Origin: Guillardia theta CCMP2712
Taxonomy: Eukaryota; Protista; Cryptophyta
NCBI RefSeq assembly: GCF_000315625.1
Contig: NW_005434646.1
Span: forward strand, 480,966 to 544,965
DNA length: 64,000 nt
Direction of reading: 5' to 3'
Shown piece by piece: positions 12,874 through 23,292 of this stretch. The notes beneath the pieces were generated by a model. It was not told the origin of the DNA. It worked only from the letters and a program-made list of their open reading frames with translations, and did not search any database. The translations under genes and the position numbers were made by a program. Positions within the stretch are counted from its first letter, which is position 1. The number at the start of each line of letters is the position of its first letter.

Positions 12874-14553
12874 GTGTCAGTGACCCCATATGGTAGTCAA
12901 TTTCCAATCTTAGCTTTGATCTTAGCTAGGAAATGCTGGGGGAGGGGGAGAGGAGGGAGGCATAGACGGGGATCTGCGGGGATGAACGAGGGGTGGTGTG
13001 GGGTTCCAAGTGCTCATGCGCAGATGCTCGTCTTCTGTAAAGTCGAATATTTTCTTTGGAATGACGGAGGGCCCGACTTCTTCCCTTCGCCGATCCTTTG
13101 TTGGTGTTATGTTGTAATTTCCATCCTAGTCGTCGTTCTGCAAGGGGCGAATCAACTCTTCTCCAACTCAGATATTGCCCAGACTGTCATGGTTGTGTTT
13201 GAATCTTCCATGCTGCTCACGCACGACAATGTGCTCCTGTTTGTGTTTGACATGCTCGAGTCCTACAACCTGTACTCTCTCTACGGAAAGATTCAGACAG
13301 CAACTTTCCTCATGGATTTGTCGGCGATCCTGAACCTGATCATGTTGCTTCTCACCTATGGGATGCTGACATTGCTTCACGTTGGAGGATACGCCGAAGA
13401 TGTACAGCAGAGAAATCGAATGAAACTCCAACAGAGGTACCTTCACACGACAAAACACCCCTATGCTCTCCTATGGTGCATGGGGATTGCAATCTTTTGC
13501 TGGACTTTGCAGTATTTTTTGCGAAAATCTTGTTTGAAAGCAAGTTCCAATAGCTTTGAGCAGTATTTCAAATTCCTTTACGCCTCATACACTCAAGACA
13601 GGGATGACTCACTCGTGGATTTATCTTTCATGTTAGTACTTGTTATGAAGGCAGGTTTTTACCTCAGTCTGCATCAAATCAGATTGTCTGCTTACTATTT
13701 TGATTTGGACACACTTTGCAGATCGCCTCAAATCACTCTTGACACCAGCACAGACAGTTCTGTTGTCGCTGAACAAGCATCAACGGTTCCAGCTACGCGC
13801 ATGGCATCAGCCTTTCCCGCATACTGGCATTTAAGACATGAGGACGACGCAGACTGCTGCTTTGACGTGACAGCAGAGTGGAAAGAGAGGATGCAGGAGC
13901 TTATCTCCACGACATGCAAGGCAGAGGGAGTGGGAAAGGGGCGAATGAATTCAAACATAGGACACACATATCTCGTTGTCGATCGAGTTTTGCGCATCGA
14001 AAACCATCTAAGTTGGAAAGCATACTCGTGGCAAAGAGATGTGGTTGCTGAGCAGCTCAAGAAGAATGGGGTAAAGCAGGAGCCAACGGCAGTTGCCACC
14101 GCCAGGTCCTGGATGCATCAAAGTCTCCAGCTGCACGAAGGCAGCAACGAAGTGCTCTTGCTCCACGGTACACCGGCGGAGCAGGTCAGCAAGATCGTCG
14201 AGGAGGGAATGCTGGATGAGAGGATGTTCAGCTCAGGGGGCATCTTTGGAGGAGGGATCTACTTGGCGGAGAACTCGAGCAAGGCTGACGAGTACTGCGA
14301 CCCAGATCCTGACGGCTCCTGCTGGATGTTCCTCGTCCGCACCGTCCTCGGACAACCTTTCATGGCGCTGGCCCCCAGGAGGGACTCGAGGAGGCCCCCG
14401 AGGATCGAGGGGACACCCAGGCTGTACGACTCAGTGATCGGACTATCCCGGCAGCAGGCCCCCCGAGCGTGCCGAGGCATTCATAGGGAGTTCGTCGTGT
14501 ACGACCGGAGGCAGGCATATGCTGAATTCCTCATCGGGTTCAGACGAGTCTGA
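12874..14553 (+). CDS. Multi-pass membrane protein with C-terminal PARP (ADP-ribosyltransferase) catalytic domain; true start uncertain
   Basis: Several hydrophobic helices in the N-terminal half. C-terminal RVLRIEN..W..Y, NEVLLLHGT, FGGGIYLAENSSKADEY, MFLVRTVLG, YDSV and REFVVYDRRQAYAEFLI match the PARP/tankyrase-like signature. Confidence 0.88.
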   Translation: MSVTPYGSQFPILALILARKCWGRGRGGRHRRGSAGMNEGWCGVPSAHAQMLVFCKVEYFLWNDGGPDFFPSPILCWCYVVISILVVVLQGANQLFSNSDIAQTVMVVFESSMLLTHDNVLLFVFDMLESYNLYSLYGKIQTATFLMDLSAILNLIMLLLTYGMLTLLHVGGYAEDVQQRNRMKLQQRYLHTTKHPYALLWCMGIAIFCWTLQYFLRKSCLKASSNSFEQYFKFLYASYTQDRDDSLVDLSFMLVLVMKAGFYLSLHQIRLSAYYFDLDTLCRSPQITLDTSTDSSVVAEQASTVPATRMASAFPAYWHLRHEDDADCCFDVTAEWKERMQELISTTCKAEGVGKGRMNSNIGHTYLVVDRVLRIENHLSWKAYSWQRDVVAEQLKKNGVKQEPTAVATARSWMHQSLQLHEGSNEVLLLHGTPAEQVSKIVEEGMLDERMFSSGGIFGGGIYLAENSSKADEYCDPDPDGSCWMFLVRTVLGQPFMALAPRRDSRRPPRIEGTPRLYDSVIGLSRQQAPRACRGIHREFVVYDRRQAYAEFLIGFRRV

Positions 14554-14784
14554 AGGGATGGGGTCGACATGCTACAGGAGATGAATGGTCTCCTAGTTTG
14601 TAGATCTGAAAAGGATAATCAATAAAGTAGCAAAGTTTACGGTTGCTGCTCTATGAATACTGCTTGATGGCTGTATTTAGCTCTCCTTGATCATACTCTT
14701 AGTTACTCTCTGGTGGCATCGCGCTTCCCAGACAGTCAGTTCCTGTCTCATTCCAGTACAAAAATAACCAAGATGGGCGAGGAG

Positions 14785-14917
14785 AGCAGGAGAAGGAGCA
14801 GGACCAGGACCAGGACCAGGCCCAGGCCCAGGACCAGGATCAAAAGCAGGACCAGGACCAGGATCAAGAGCAGGATCAGGATCAGCATCAAGAGCAAGAG
14901 CAGGAGCAAGAGCAGGA
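14785..14917. repeat. Degenerate hexamer array (CAGGAC/CAGGCC/CAGGAT/CAAGAG/CAGGAG)
   Basis: Directly visible; reads as RT/RS, GP or QD dipeptide repeats depending on frame. Confidence 0.9.
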
Positions 14918-14965
14918 GCCGAGCAAGTGGCGCGACTCGACGAAGAAGTTTGTGGTGTCTGTCAG

Positions 14966-17508
14966 GTTATGATTCCGCAACCCCCCGCCACCATGTCATG
15001 GCTGGCGGTGGGGCTGGCGGCGGAGGTGTCCTCCTCTCCCATGGTCGTGTCCCTCGGGACCCCCTCCACAGGGAGCTCGTCCTTCAACGTGAGTACCCTC
15101 CCCTCCACACGGGGGGAGACGGCTGAGAACCAGCTGAACACGGGGGGGGTTCTCTGCTTCCCTGGCTTCACCCCCTGGGGGACCTGGCATCGGGGGGGAC
15201 TGAACTCGCTCATGGTGGACGCGGAGGAGAGTGGGCAGCAGGAGGGGAGAAGCACCATCACGAAGCTGAATGGGTATGGCTGGTCGTCGGCGCTCGTGGA
15301 CGTGAAGGTGGAGAAGGGCGCGCGGAGGTTCGAGTTTCATGTGAAGCGGTTGACGGGCCCGGTGCAGATCGGCATCGTACGAGACAAGCACGCGAGGTTG
15401 AGTGGGAGTTGGAAGGATAGTGACTTTGTACATAGCAAGTGGTTCCTTACAGAGGATGGGAGCGTCTTCAACGGCAGCAGGAGGGTGCTGAGGAGCGGGA
15501 AGAAGTTGAGCGAGGACGACGTGGTCGGGGTAGAGGTTGACATCGAGTCAGGGACTGTTTCTCTTTTCAAGCTCCCGAAGAAGATCAGAGGAGAGCACGT
15601 GTTTGCTGCTCCCTGCGCAGCCTGCCGCGGTCAAGATCAGCGTCCTGCTGGCCCTTGCAAGCTGTGGAATGCGGATGGGGGGGAACATGGTTTCATCGGC
15701 AGGGTTTCCGGTGTGCTGACGCACCATGATAGAATCATCCTCACCGATCTGCCAGCGGGGAAGGAGGACGAGGAGAGCGAGTGGATCAGCGGCAGGACGG
15801 GAGAGAAGATGCGGGGAGTCATAGCGAGTTTCATGGAATGCTTCGGGGAGGTGGAAATTGTGGAGTTGAGCAAGGAGCAGCGGTCAGCGGTGGTGAGGGT
15901 AACGAGGTCCTTCTCCTCCCCCTTCTACGAGGAATTTTCCCTCTTCCACTGTATGCTCGAGGAGATCTTTCGCCTCCCCTTCTTGGACCCGCTGGTGCAG
16001 GAGAAGTACAACAGAGCCGGGAAGGTAGACCTGGCGTTCATGGCCAGGAAGCGAAGGCCGGCAGACTCAAGGCACGCCCCCTTGCTCTGCGACAGTGCGA
16101 CTGATGGGTTTTCAGGTGGGAGCACTACATCGGGCCGGAGGGGATTCTTGTCGGGGAGGAGGAGGAGGGGAAGGAGGAGTGCGGCCCGTGCCTCGCCGAG
16201 GTAGGAGGGAGGGGCTACGTCGTGCCGGGCGTTTGCATCGCTAAGGCTGGGACTGCCGTGCACTTTGCGATCCCTCAGGACAAATTTGAAAGAATCGCAA
16301 TCATCGAGGAGCAGCTGCGGCGCCTGAGGACCTTCGGCTTCGCTCCCTCGCCCTTCCACGCCTCCCTCACAGAATCTTGTATCCTCGTACAGGGAGGACG
16401 GGTTACGAGATTGACAAAGAGTGCTAGCGGAGGAGGAGGAGGCTCTCTGTTTGCTACAGCAATCTCTTCCTCCTGGATCTCTCGTTCCTACCCGCCGAAC
16501 GGGCTTTACCAACCTCAGTCGTGGGAGCCGCACCATGACGGCAGTTGGGAAGTGGAGGAGGGGAAGTACGTGTGGAAGGAGAACCAACGGAAGCTGCTGA
16601 ACAAGAGGAGGTGGAACGTGAAGGTCGTGCAGATCGGCAGGCATGGGAATGTTCACAGCACAGGGATGTACATAGGAGTCATCAGCCCCGGGGGATCGCA
16701 GGAAACGTCTGGCGGCGTGCTGTTGTGGGCGGCGGAGGGGGAGACGCTGAGCAACGAGGACGACAACCTTTGCAGAGTTTGCTTCTCCCTTCCCATCTCC
16801 CACACTATCTTCCCCTGCTCCCACCACGTACTCTGCAGGAAGTGCGCGGCCAAGGTGGGCAGGAAGATCTTCGTTTGCCCCAGCTGCAGGACAGGCTCGG
16901 CCGCATCCCCGACCAACCTACCCCTCACGCTTGACCGCAGCTGGAGGAATTCTATCTTCTACAACCGCTGCTGGTTCTTCGACGGGTCTCGAGCCATCAA
17001 CCGCAACGGAGCTCCTCTCGGCGGGGCTCTCTACAATGGTGACGTCATCATTTGCCCGTTCTCCAGCACCAAGGCAAAGGCGCTGAACAAGGGGGACGTT
17101 GTTGGGATCGAGCTGGACCTGGGCGTCATCGAGCACCATGGCGGGGAACAGGAGGTCTGCCGTCCTCTTCTTCCTTGCCCTCCCTCTTGCAGCAACACTT
17201 CTAAGGGCCATCGCATGCTCATCGAGAGCTTCTGCCGCCTGCGTTTCTCGCACAACGGGAAGCTGATCGAGGGGATGTTCGTAGAGCCGCTGACTGTGCT
17301 GGGCTGCGTCGCGGGGTCCAAGTGTGAGAGATGCACGAGAGGAAAGTTCTGTCCACTCAGCCTCCCCCTCCACCCCGCCGTCTGCCTCCTGGAGGAGGGA
17401 GACTGTGTAGAGATGGAGGAGGTACATCATACTGCCTGGCCCTGCCCTCACGACTCGTTCCAAGTCTGCGATGCTTGCCAATTGAGTAACCCGACGTTGG
17501 GTAAATAA
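14966..17508 (+). CDS. SPRY (B30.2)-domain RING-HC E3 ligase-like protein, multi-exon; start uncertain
   Basis: SPRY-like FEFHVKRLTGPVQIGIV...WFLTEDGSVFNG...DDVVGVEVDIESGTVSLF and MYIGV...GDVVGIELDL...LRFSHNGK...LHPAVCL; RING CRVCFSLPISHTIFPCSHHVLCRKCA...CPSCR. Confidence 0.78.
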
Positions 17509-17559
17509 AAGGAAAGGGAGACCAGGAGGAGGAGCAAGGTGAGGGAGGGTTGGAGGAGG

Positions 17560-20500
17560 CGAGAAGGATGTGGAGGAGGAGGAGGGCGAGCAGCTATCTT
17601 GTCGTTTTCCTTGTCAGTCAAATTGAATCGCACTCTTTCCATGTGACTCCTCTGGCTCCTCGGACAGCGGGTTGAACTCCTCAAATGTCACGTTCCTCGC
17701 CAACTTGTAGAGATCTCTCTTCAGCCTCTTCATCTGCGTGAACTTCTTCTTTTGCAGCCACTCCATGTCATCGGTCGGCTCCACGTCATACCCGTTGAGC
17801 ATCCACTGCACGTCGTCATGCTGCTCATCCCGTCAGCAATGAGACCCAAGGAGCATTCTATCGGCACCTCCAGCGCCCAGTACTTCTTGTTCAGCATCCT
17901 CGGCGTGAAACTCGAGAACAGAGTTGAGTTGGCCCACTCAGGCCTGAAATCCTCCACCTGCCCCTGCTCAGACCCCCCAACCTCGTCAGCGGCAGCCTCA
18001 ACAACCAAGAGTTTGACCTCGGAGTTGGAGGATGGGAAGGAGTAGGTCGAGTTGATACCCCAATAGTCCAGGAACTCCTGAGACGCCCGCGGCCAGTCCC
18101 CCTCGACCACTCCCTTCTCCCTCCTGTCCCTCACCATAATCTCTGCCTCCTCCTCCGTGAGGTGGATGACGGGAGGAGGAGCATTCTTCCGCGCTTCTTC
18201 CTCCTGCTGCTTCAGGCTTGCTAGCAGAGCCTCGCGGGGCCACCATTTCTTGAAGGCGGCAGACTTGGTGCCCGAGGGAACAAACCAGCTCTTCTTGTCC
18301 ATGTCCCACCTGCCAGCAGCCCCCAGTGTCAGCGGACCTTCAGCTGGACGGGAGCTGCTTCAACCTCCCTCCCAGCGCTTTGCACGCGTCCTTGTCCATG
18401 AAGGGGCAGTTGAGGTGAAGCCTGCGCAGCGTACTCATTCTTTCCTGCTTCCTCCCACCTCCTGTCCCAGCAAAGAGCGGAGGGTTACCTCCCATTCAGG
18501 TCTCGAGGAGGAGAAATTTCCCTTGGCGCCTCCTGAGCCTCCTCCTTCCAGGCGGGCAGACGAGACGGCTCGAGCCAGTCGTCGGGCCCGATCTCCGGGT
18601 GTGCACCGGGGGTGTGACCTGAACTTGAAGTGAGAGGAGGCTGTAGATCGGAACGTGTTGGATGCTCGTCTCGTGCTCCTGCAGTCATCCTTTTCTTTCT
18701 CTTTCTCCATGAGCTCGTTTGCTCATTGTGACTGCGCCAACTCACCTTCCTGTTGTAGCACATGCTTGGCAAGGCAAGGATACTCTGAAGAAAACATTCA
18801 ATCAGTAATCGGACTCTCCGTGTCGGAAATGATTCGTACCGTCATCGTCGGTCATTTGGACATCCTGGAAAGTTCAAGCAAGAAAAAGTCAAATCTACGA
18901 GCCGTTCACGGTCAGCATCCCTTCTCACCTCGTCAATCTTGACCCCATGTTCCGGTGCAACCGGCGTGACATTCATCGGCAACTTTTGCTGTGGTTGAGC
19001 GAAACGAGTAGGAGAGTTGAGTGAAGGGGGCAAAAAGGAGGAGGAGGGATCAAGGTAGTCAGTGAAGCCAAGGGGCAAGCAGGAGCTCTGAACACCGTGT
19101 CAAACACTTTGATGTGCCTTAAGCTGTACTTCTTGAAGAAATCCGACTGATAGATCGTCACCTTTGACATCTCAACGGGATTGCTGACCTTGGGATACGC
19201 AGGATTGAAGATCTCGTTGAAAACCGTCAGCCTCCTCGTTTCATTCTTGGGCCTTCGAGTCGTCATGGTTTGAACGATCGGGTATTCAGCGCCCAGATTT
19301 TCGAGCTGCAAGATGCGTCAAAGGTGAGGACAATTATGAAATTGCTCTCTTCACTTCTTTCAGCACGTCCCACCGCCCGAAATCCCAAGCAAGGAGGTAA
19401 GGAGTCTTGAACCAATATGTTAGTCCAACCCCTTTGACTCTCACGACAAAACCAGCTCCCCACGATCAAGAGGAAACTTGTAAGCTCCAAGCTCTGCGGG
19501 AAGGTGAGGAGGAGGAGGGAGAGAGGGCAGTACTATTGACCTATGAGCTTGCGGCAAGTAGCGGGAGATCCGTACCTGCAGGGTCAAGCTTGACAAACGC
19601 TCTTAAGAGGAAGTGAAGGGACGTCAACCCACCATGCAGCCCAATGCAAGGGAGTAAAACAAGAAAACTGCGGGTCTTGCGGGAGGGAGTCAAAAGGTGA
19701 GATCAGAGACGTCTGAGAACCTGTGTGGTTGACATCAGCTCCGGCTTTTACTTGTCTTTCCACTTCCATATACTGCGGCGAAGAAGGAATGAGCTGAGAA
19801 TACCATGAGAGCTAAGTCGTTACCTCTCCGTTCTTTGCCGCCTATATCACACACAAGAGGTCAGGCATCAGAGATAACAGGAAGGAACACACGGAGCATA
19901 CCTCTCGAAGGAGGAGGTTCGGGTCTGAAAAGTTTGGCACCCTTATCCCTGCACAGTCTGTCAGGGTAGACATGGAAGGACAAGGAATCAGCTTCCTGTC
20001 AGGATCGGAGGAGGGACCCTGATTCTGTTTGTCACGTTCACGAAGACGGGCTAGTCAAATTCAAAGTCAAGAGTCCCAGGAGGCACCAAGGCGTCAAAGA
20101 CGTTACTTCATCGGGCAACCACCATAACGGCCTCTCGCCTGTCAGACGGTCACTATCAAGCTCAGAAGCAGCGTCAAGTGTTCCCCCACCTATCTGCTCC
20201 AAGATCTTGGGATCCCACTTGTCTCCCAGCTGCAGCGAGGTTATGATGTCGATCGCCTCAACACCCCCGAACCTTTTCCTTGAGCATCTTGATGTAGGCT
20301 CGACGATCCTTCGCGCTTCCAGAGAGCTTTTTGCGCTTCAGCTCGCCTGTCTGCGGGTCGATGAAGTTGTCGAATGTCCCTCCTCCATTGTCGTCGTCGT
20401 CATCATCAAAATCATCCAATATATCTGTGCTGTCCGATGTCGCATCTGAATGCATGATAAACTTGTCCGCTGGATGCTTCTCGACGGACTCCCTCAACTT

Positions 20501-20803
20501 ACAGAAGGTCTCCCGGCACAGAATCACTCGCTCAGCAGGTGTCAGGTTCTTCATCATCACGATCGCCTCCGCCCACTCGGGCAGAGACCCCGGCAGGTAC
20601 GTCTTGTTCATGGCTTGCCTGCCCAGTTTGATCTTCGGGGCCCCACCCCGCAGCTGGGGGAGGAGGTGGGAGCTGTTGTGCGCGAGACTACCGTGAGCCT
20701 CATAAGGGGGAACGTGGGGAATGCGGGGCAGAGATAGAAGCTCGATGCTGCTGCAGATCAAGTGCCCCATGAGGAGGAGGAGGATCGAGAAGCTGGAAGG
20801 CAT
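17560..20803 (-). CDS. Signal-peptide protein with ankyrin repeats and a DUF5710-like module, many exons (3' end approximate; could be two genes)
   Basis: N-terminus MPSSFSILLLLMGHLICSS; ankyrin pieces AAKNGE, VERQVKAGADVNHT and FTPLHWAAW; spliced RLHLNCPFMDKDACKALGGRWDMDKKSWFVPSGTKSAAFKKWWP. Confidence 0.6.
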
Positions 20804-21168
20804 AGCACAGACTACTCAGCCCTTGCCTCGTTCAGTGCTGGGAGGGATGAAGATCAACGATTCTCCTCCTCCTCCCTCTTCCACCCTCCTCCTCCCTTGC
20901 CCCTCCCTTGCCCCTCCCTTACCCCTTCCTCCTTCCTCCTCCTCTCCTTGCCATTCGCGTACCCACGGGACATTCGCAAGTTGAGCCGCATCGGGGTGGA
21001 GACTGTCCAAGCAATAGGAGGGGTAGTTTTTTTGGATGAATATGGGGGTGGTGCAAATAGGTGAATATTCCATGGGGACATACAAAGTTGTTGTTACGAA
21101 AGGAGGAGGAGGAGGAGGGGAGAGGGAGGGCACGGAACGATAATCTACGGCCTCTACTGAGGTTTGCC

Positions 21169-22585
21169 ATGTCCATCGGATTGCGGACGCCGTTCGATGC
21201 CTACTTGGAGAAGAAAGAGATGGCGGAGGAAGAGCGGAAGGCCGAGAGGAGGAGGCAGCACGCCATGCAGCACGAGATACGGAAGGAGATTGATCATAAC
21301 CTATCCCACCAGCTGAAGCTTTCCTCCATGGTAGTCCAGTCGCGCTTGACCATGGCAGCGGATCATAGCGCTCTACCCGCATCAGCGCTGGTCAAGAAGA
21401 TCGACAACAAATTGCAACAATATCGGCAGTTGAAAATGAATCAACCGAGCAGCTTGCCCGACGCTCTCTTCAGAAAGTCTCCGGCAGCCGCTGCCTCCAA
21501 CGAGGCCCCCGACCTTGTTCTATGGAATCAGGTTGGTAGGTCGTCGCAGCAGAAGTACGTGCCCGAGAATGCGGAGCAGCTCCGAGCCGAGACGATCGCC
21601 AAACAGCAGATGATTCAGAATCGCAAGGTGCAGTCAGACAAGCTCATAAAGCTTGTCAAGTCCAACGAGCGCATCCACGACTGCATTCAAGCCGGCGGCG
21701 ATCCGTTGACAGCGATCAAACTCCTGCGCATGATAGAGACATCGGTCCATGAAGTTGACAAGGACGGGAAGACCTGTCTGGGCAGGTGCCTTGAAAAGGA
21801 GCCGATCACTTCGTCCAAGATCCAAGTGCTGATTGAAGCCAATGCAGACGTCAACACTGTTGACAGCAAAGGCAGATCATGTGTTATGAAGGCGGTGATA
21901 GAAGGAGAGGTGATGAATTCAGAAAACTTCAAATTCAACTCTTCTTCTCCTCCTCCCCCTCCTCCCTCTCCTCCCCTCCGTCTATCTCCCCCCCCCCTCC
22001 CCTCCTCCTCCTCCAGCTCCTCCTCCTCCTTCACCACCTCCTCCAGCTCCTGCTCCCTCATTGCCCTCCGCCTTTCCTGAATTCCCTCCAAATTTCTCCT
22101 TGCTTACGCACTTCTCACCCAATCGCTCTCCTTACGTTGACACTCCTTTTCAACGTGTTTCAGGTGGAAATGATCGATTACTTCTGCAGCCGGGGAGCCA
22201 ACGTCAATCTTCCTGATCAGGCGGGAAACACACCACTGATAGAAGCAGGTTGGCTGAGACCTGACAAAGTTGCGACGGGTCTGACAGCTGGGCAGCCTGC
22301 AGGGGGAACAAGGAAGTTGTCAGGAAGCTGCTAACATCCAAGGCGGATCCCAGGAAGAAGGACAGGTGAGGAGGACGGGGTGATGGATGAGTTTCAGCCG
22401 TCTGAGCCGACGCGCCGGGCAGGTTGAGGAGGACTCCGTTGGAGATCGCTACCCTCTGGGGGAGGAAGGGTGAGTGGAGAGGAAAAGAAGGGGAGCAGCG
22501 AGGGGGTCACTGACTAGCTCTTTCAGGTGTGGTGCTGATGATTGAGAGCTGGCTGCAGGATCACCACGACAAGAAGCACTCCTAG
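21169..22585 (+). CDS. Ankyrin repeat protein with N-terminal coiled coil
   Basis: DKDGKTCL, LIEANADVNTVDSKGRSCVMKAV and GANVNLPDQAGNTPLIEA; ends HHDKKHS*. Confidence 0.85.
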
Positions 22586-23292
22586 TCTCTTGTCCACTCT
22601 GTAAATTTGTACATGTGCCAAAGAGTTTTGCTGTCCCTTTCTAGTCCCCCAACTCAGATGCGTTGACTTGGGTCGGCTAGGGATGCTGAGATCAGAAGCA
22701 GATCTCTCAACACTCCTCCTCCTCCTGCTCCTTCTCCTGCTGCTCCTGCTCCTCCTCCTCCTCCTGCTCCTCCTCCTCCTCCTCTCTTTCCTTGTGCTCT
22801 CGAAACCTGTCAAAATTGTTTCCTGTACAAGTCCCACTCCACCCACCAGCCCCCACCCCTTGAATTCAAGGGAACATACCCCGTACCTTTCAACACTTTG
22901 ACCGGTCTTTCAAAATCCATGGCGCATGACGCGTTCACTCGCGCTCCGTCCGATGGAGTCAGGAGGGGGAAGCGTGAGATATCAACACCTCCTCCTCCTC
23001 CCGTCTTCTTCTTCTTTCTTCTTCCTCCTCCCTTCCTCTTCTTCTTTCTTCCTCGTCCTTCTCTCCTCTCCTGCCAAATCCCCACCCCACTCTGAATTCC
23101 CATCCCTCCTTCCTACCCTCTCTTTTCCTTATCCCTCTCCTTCATTCCCTTTGTCCTTGATATATCCCTTCACTCCCTCTCTCCTCTCTCACACTCCCTC
23201 CTCCTCTCGCCTCCCCCTTCTTCGCCTCTGAGCTGTCTCGTGGTTTGATTGGGGACTGACGGATCCGGGATCAGAGATACGCCAGGCGTTGC

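Noticed and set aside
13030-14550. GC shift within the PARP gene as evidence of recent fusion or HGT
   Set aside because: Similar 5'-to-3' GC gradients appear in ordinary genes here (for example the amino acid transporter); not quantified
14713-15126. SR/RS-rich splicing-factor-like ORF
   Set aside because: Product of a degenerate hexamer repeat open in several frames; no RRM in that frame
18842-19000. TauD dioxygenase-like start (MNVTPVAPEHGVKI)
   Set aside because: No HxD...H motif or further similarity found in the adjacent exons
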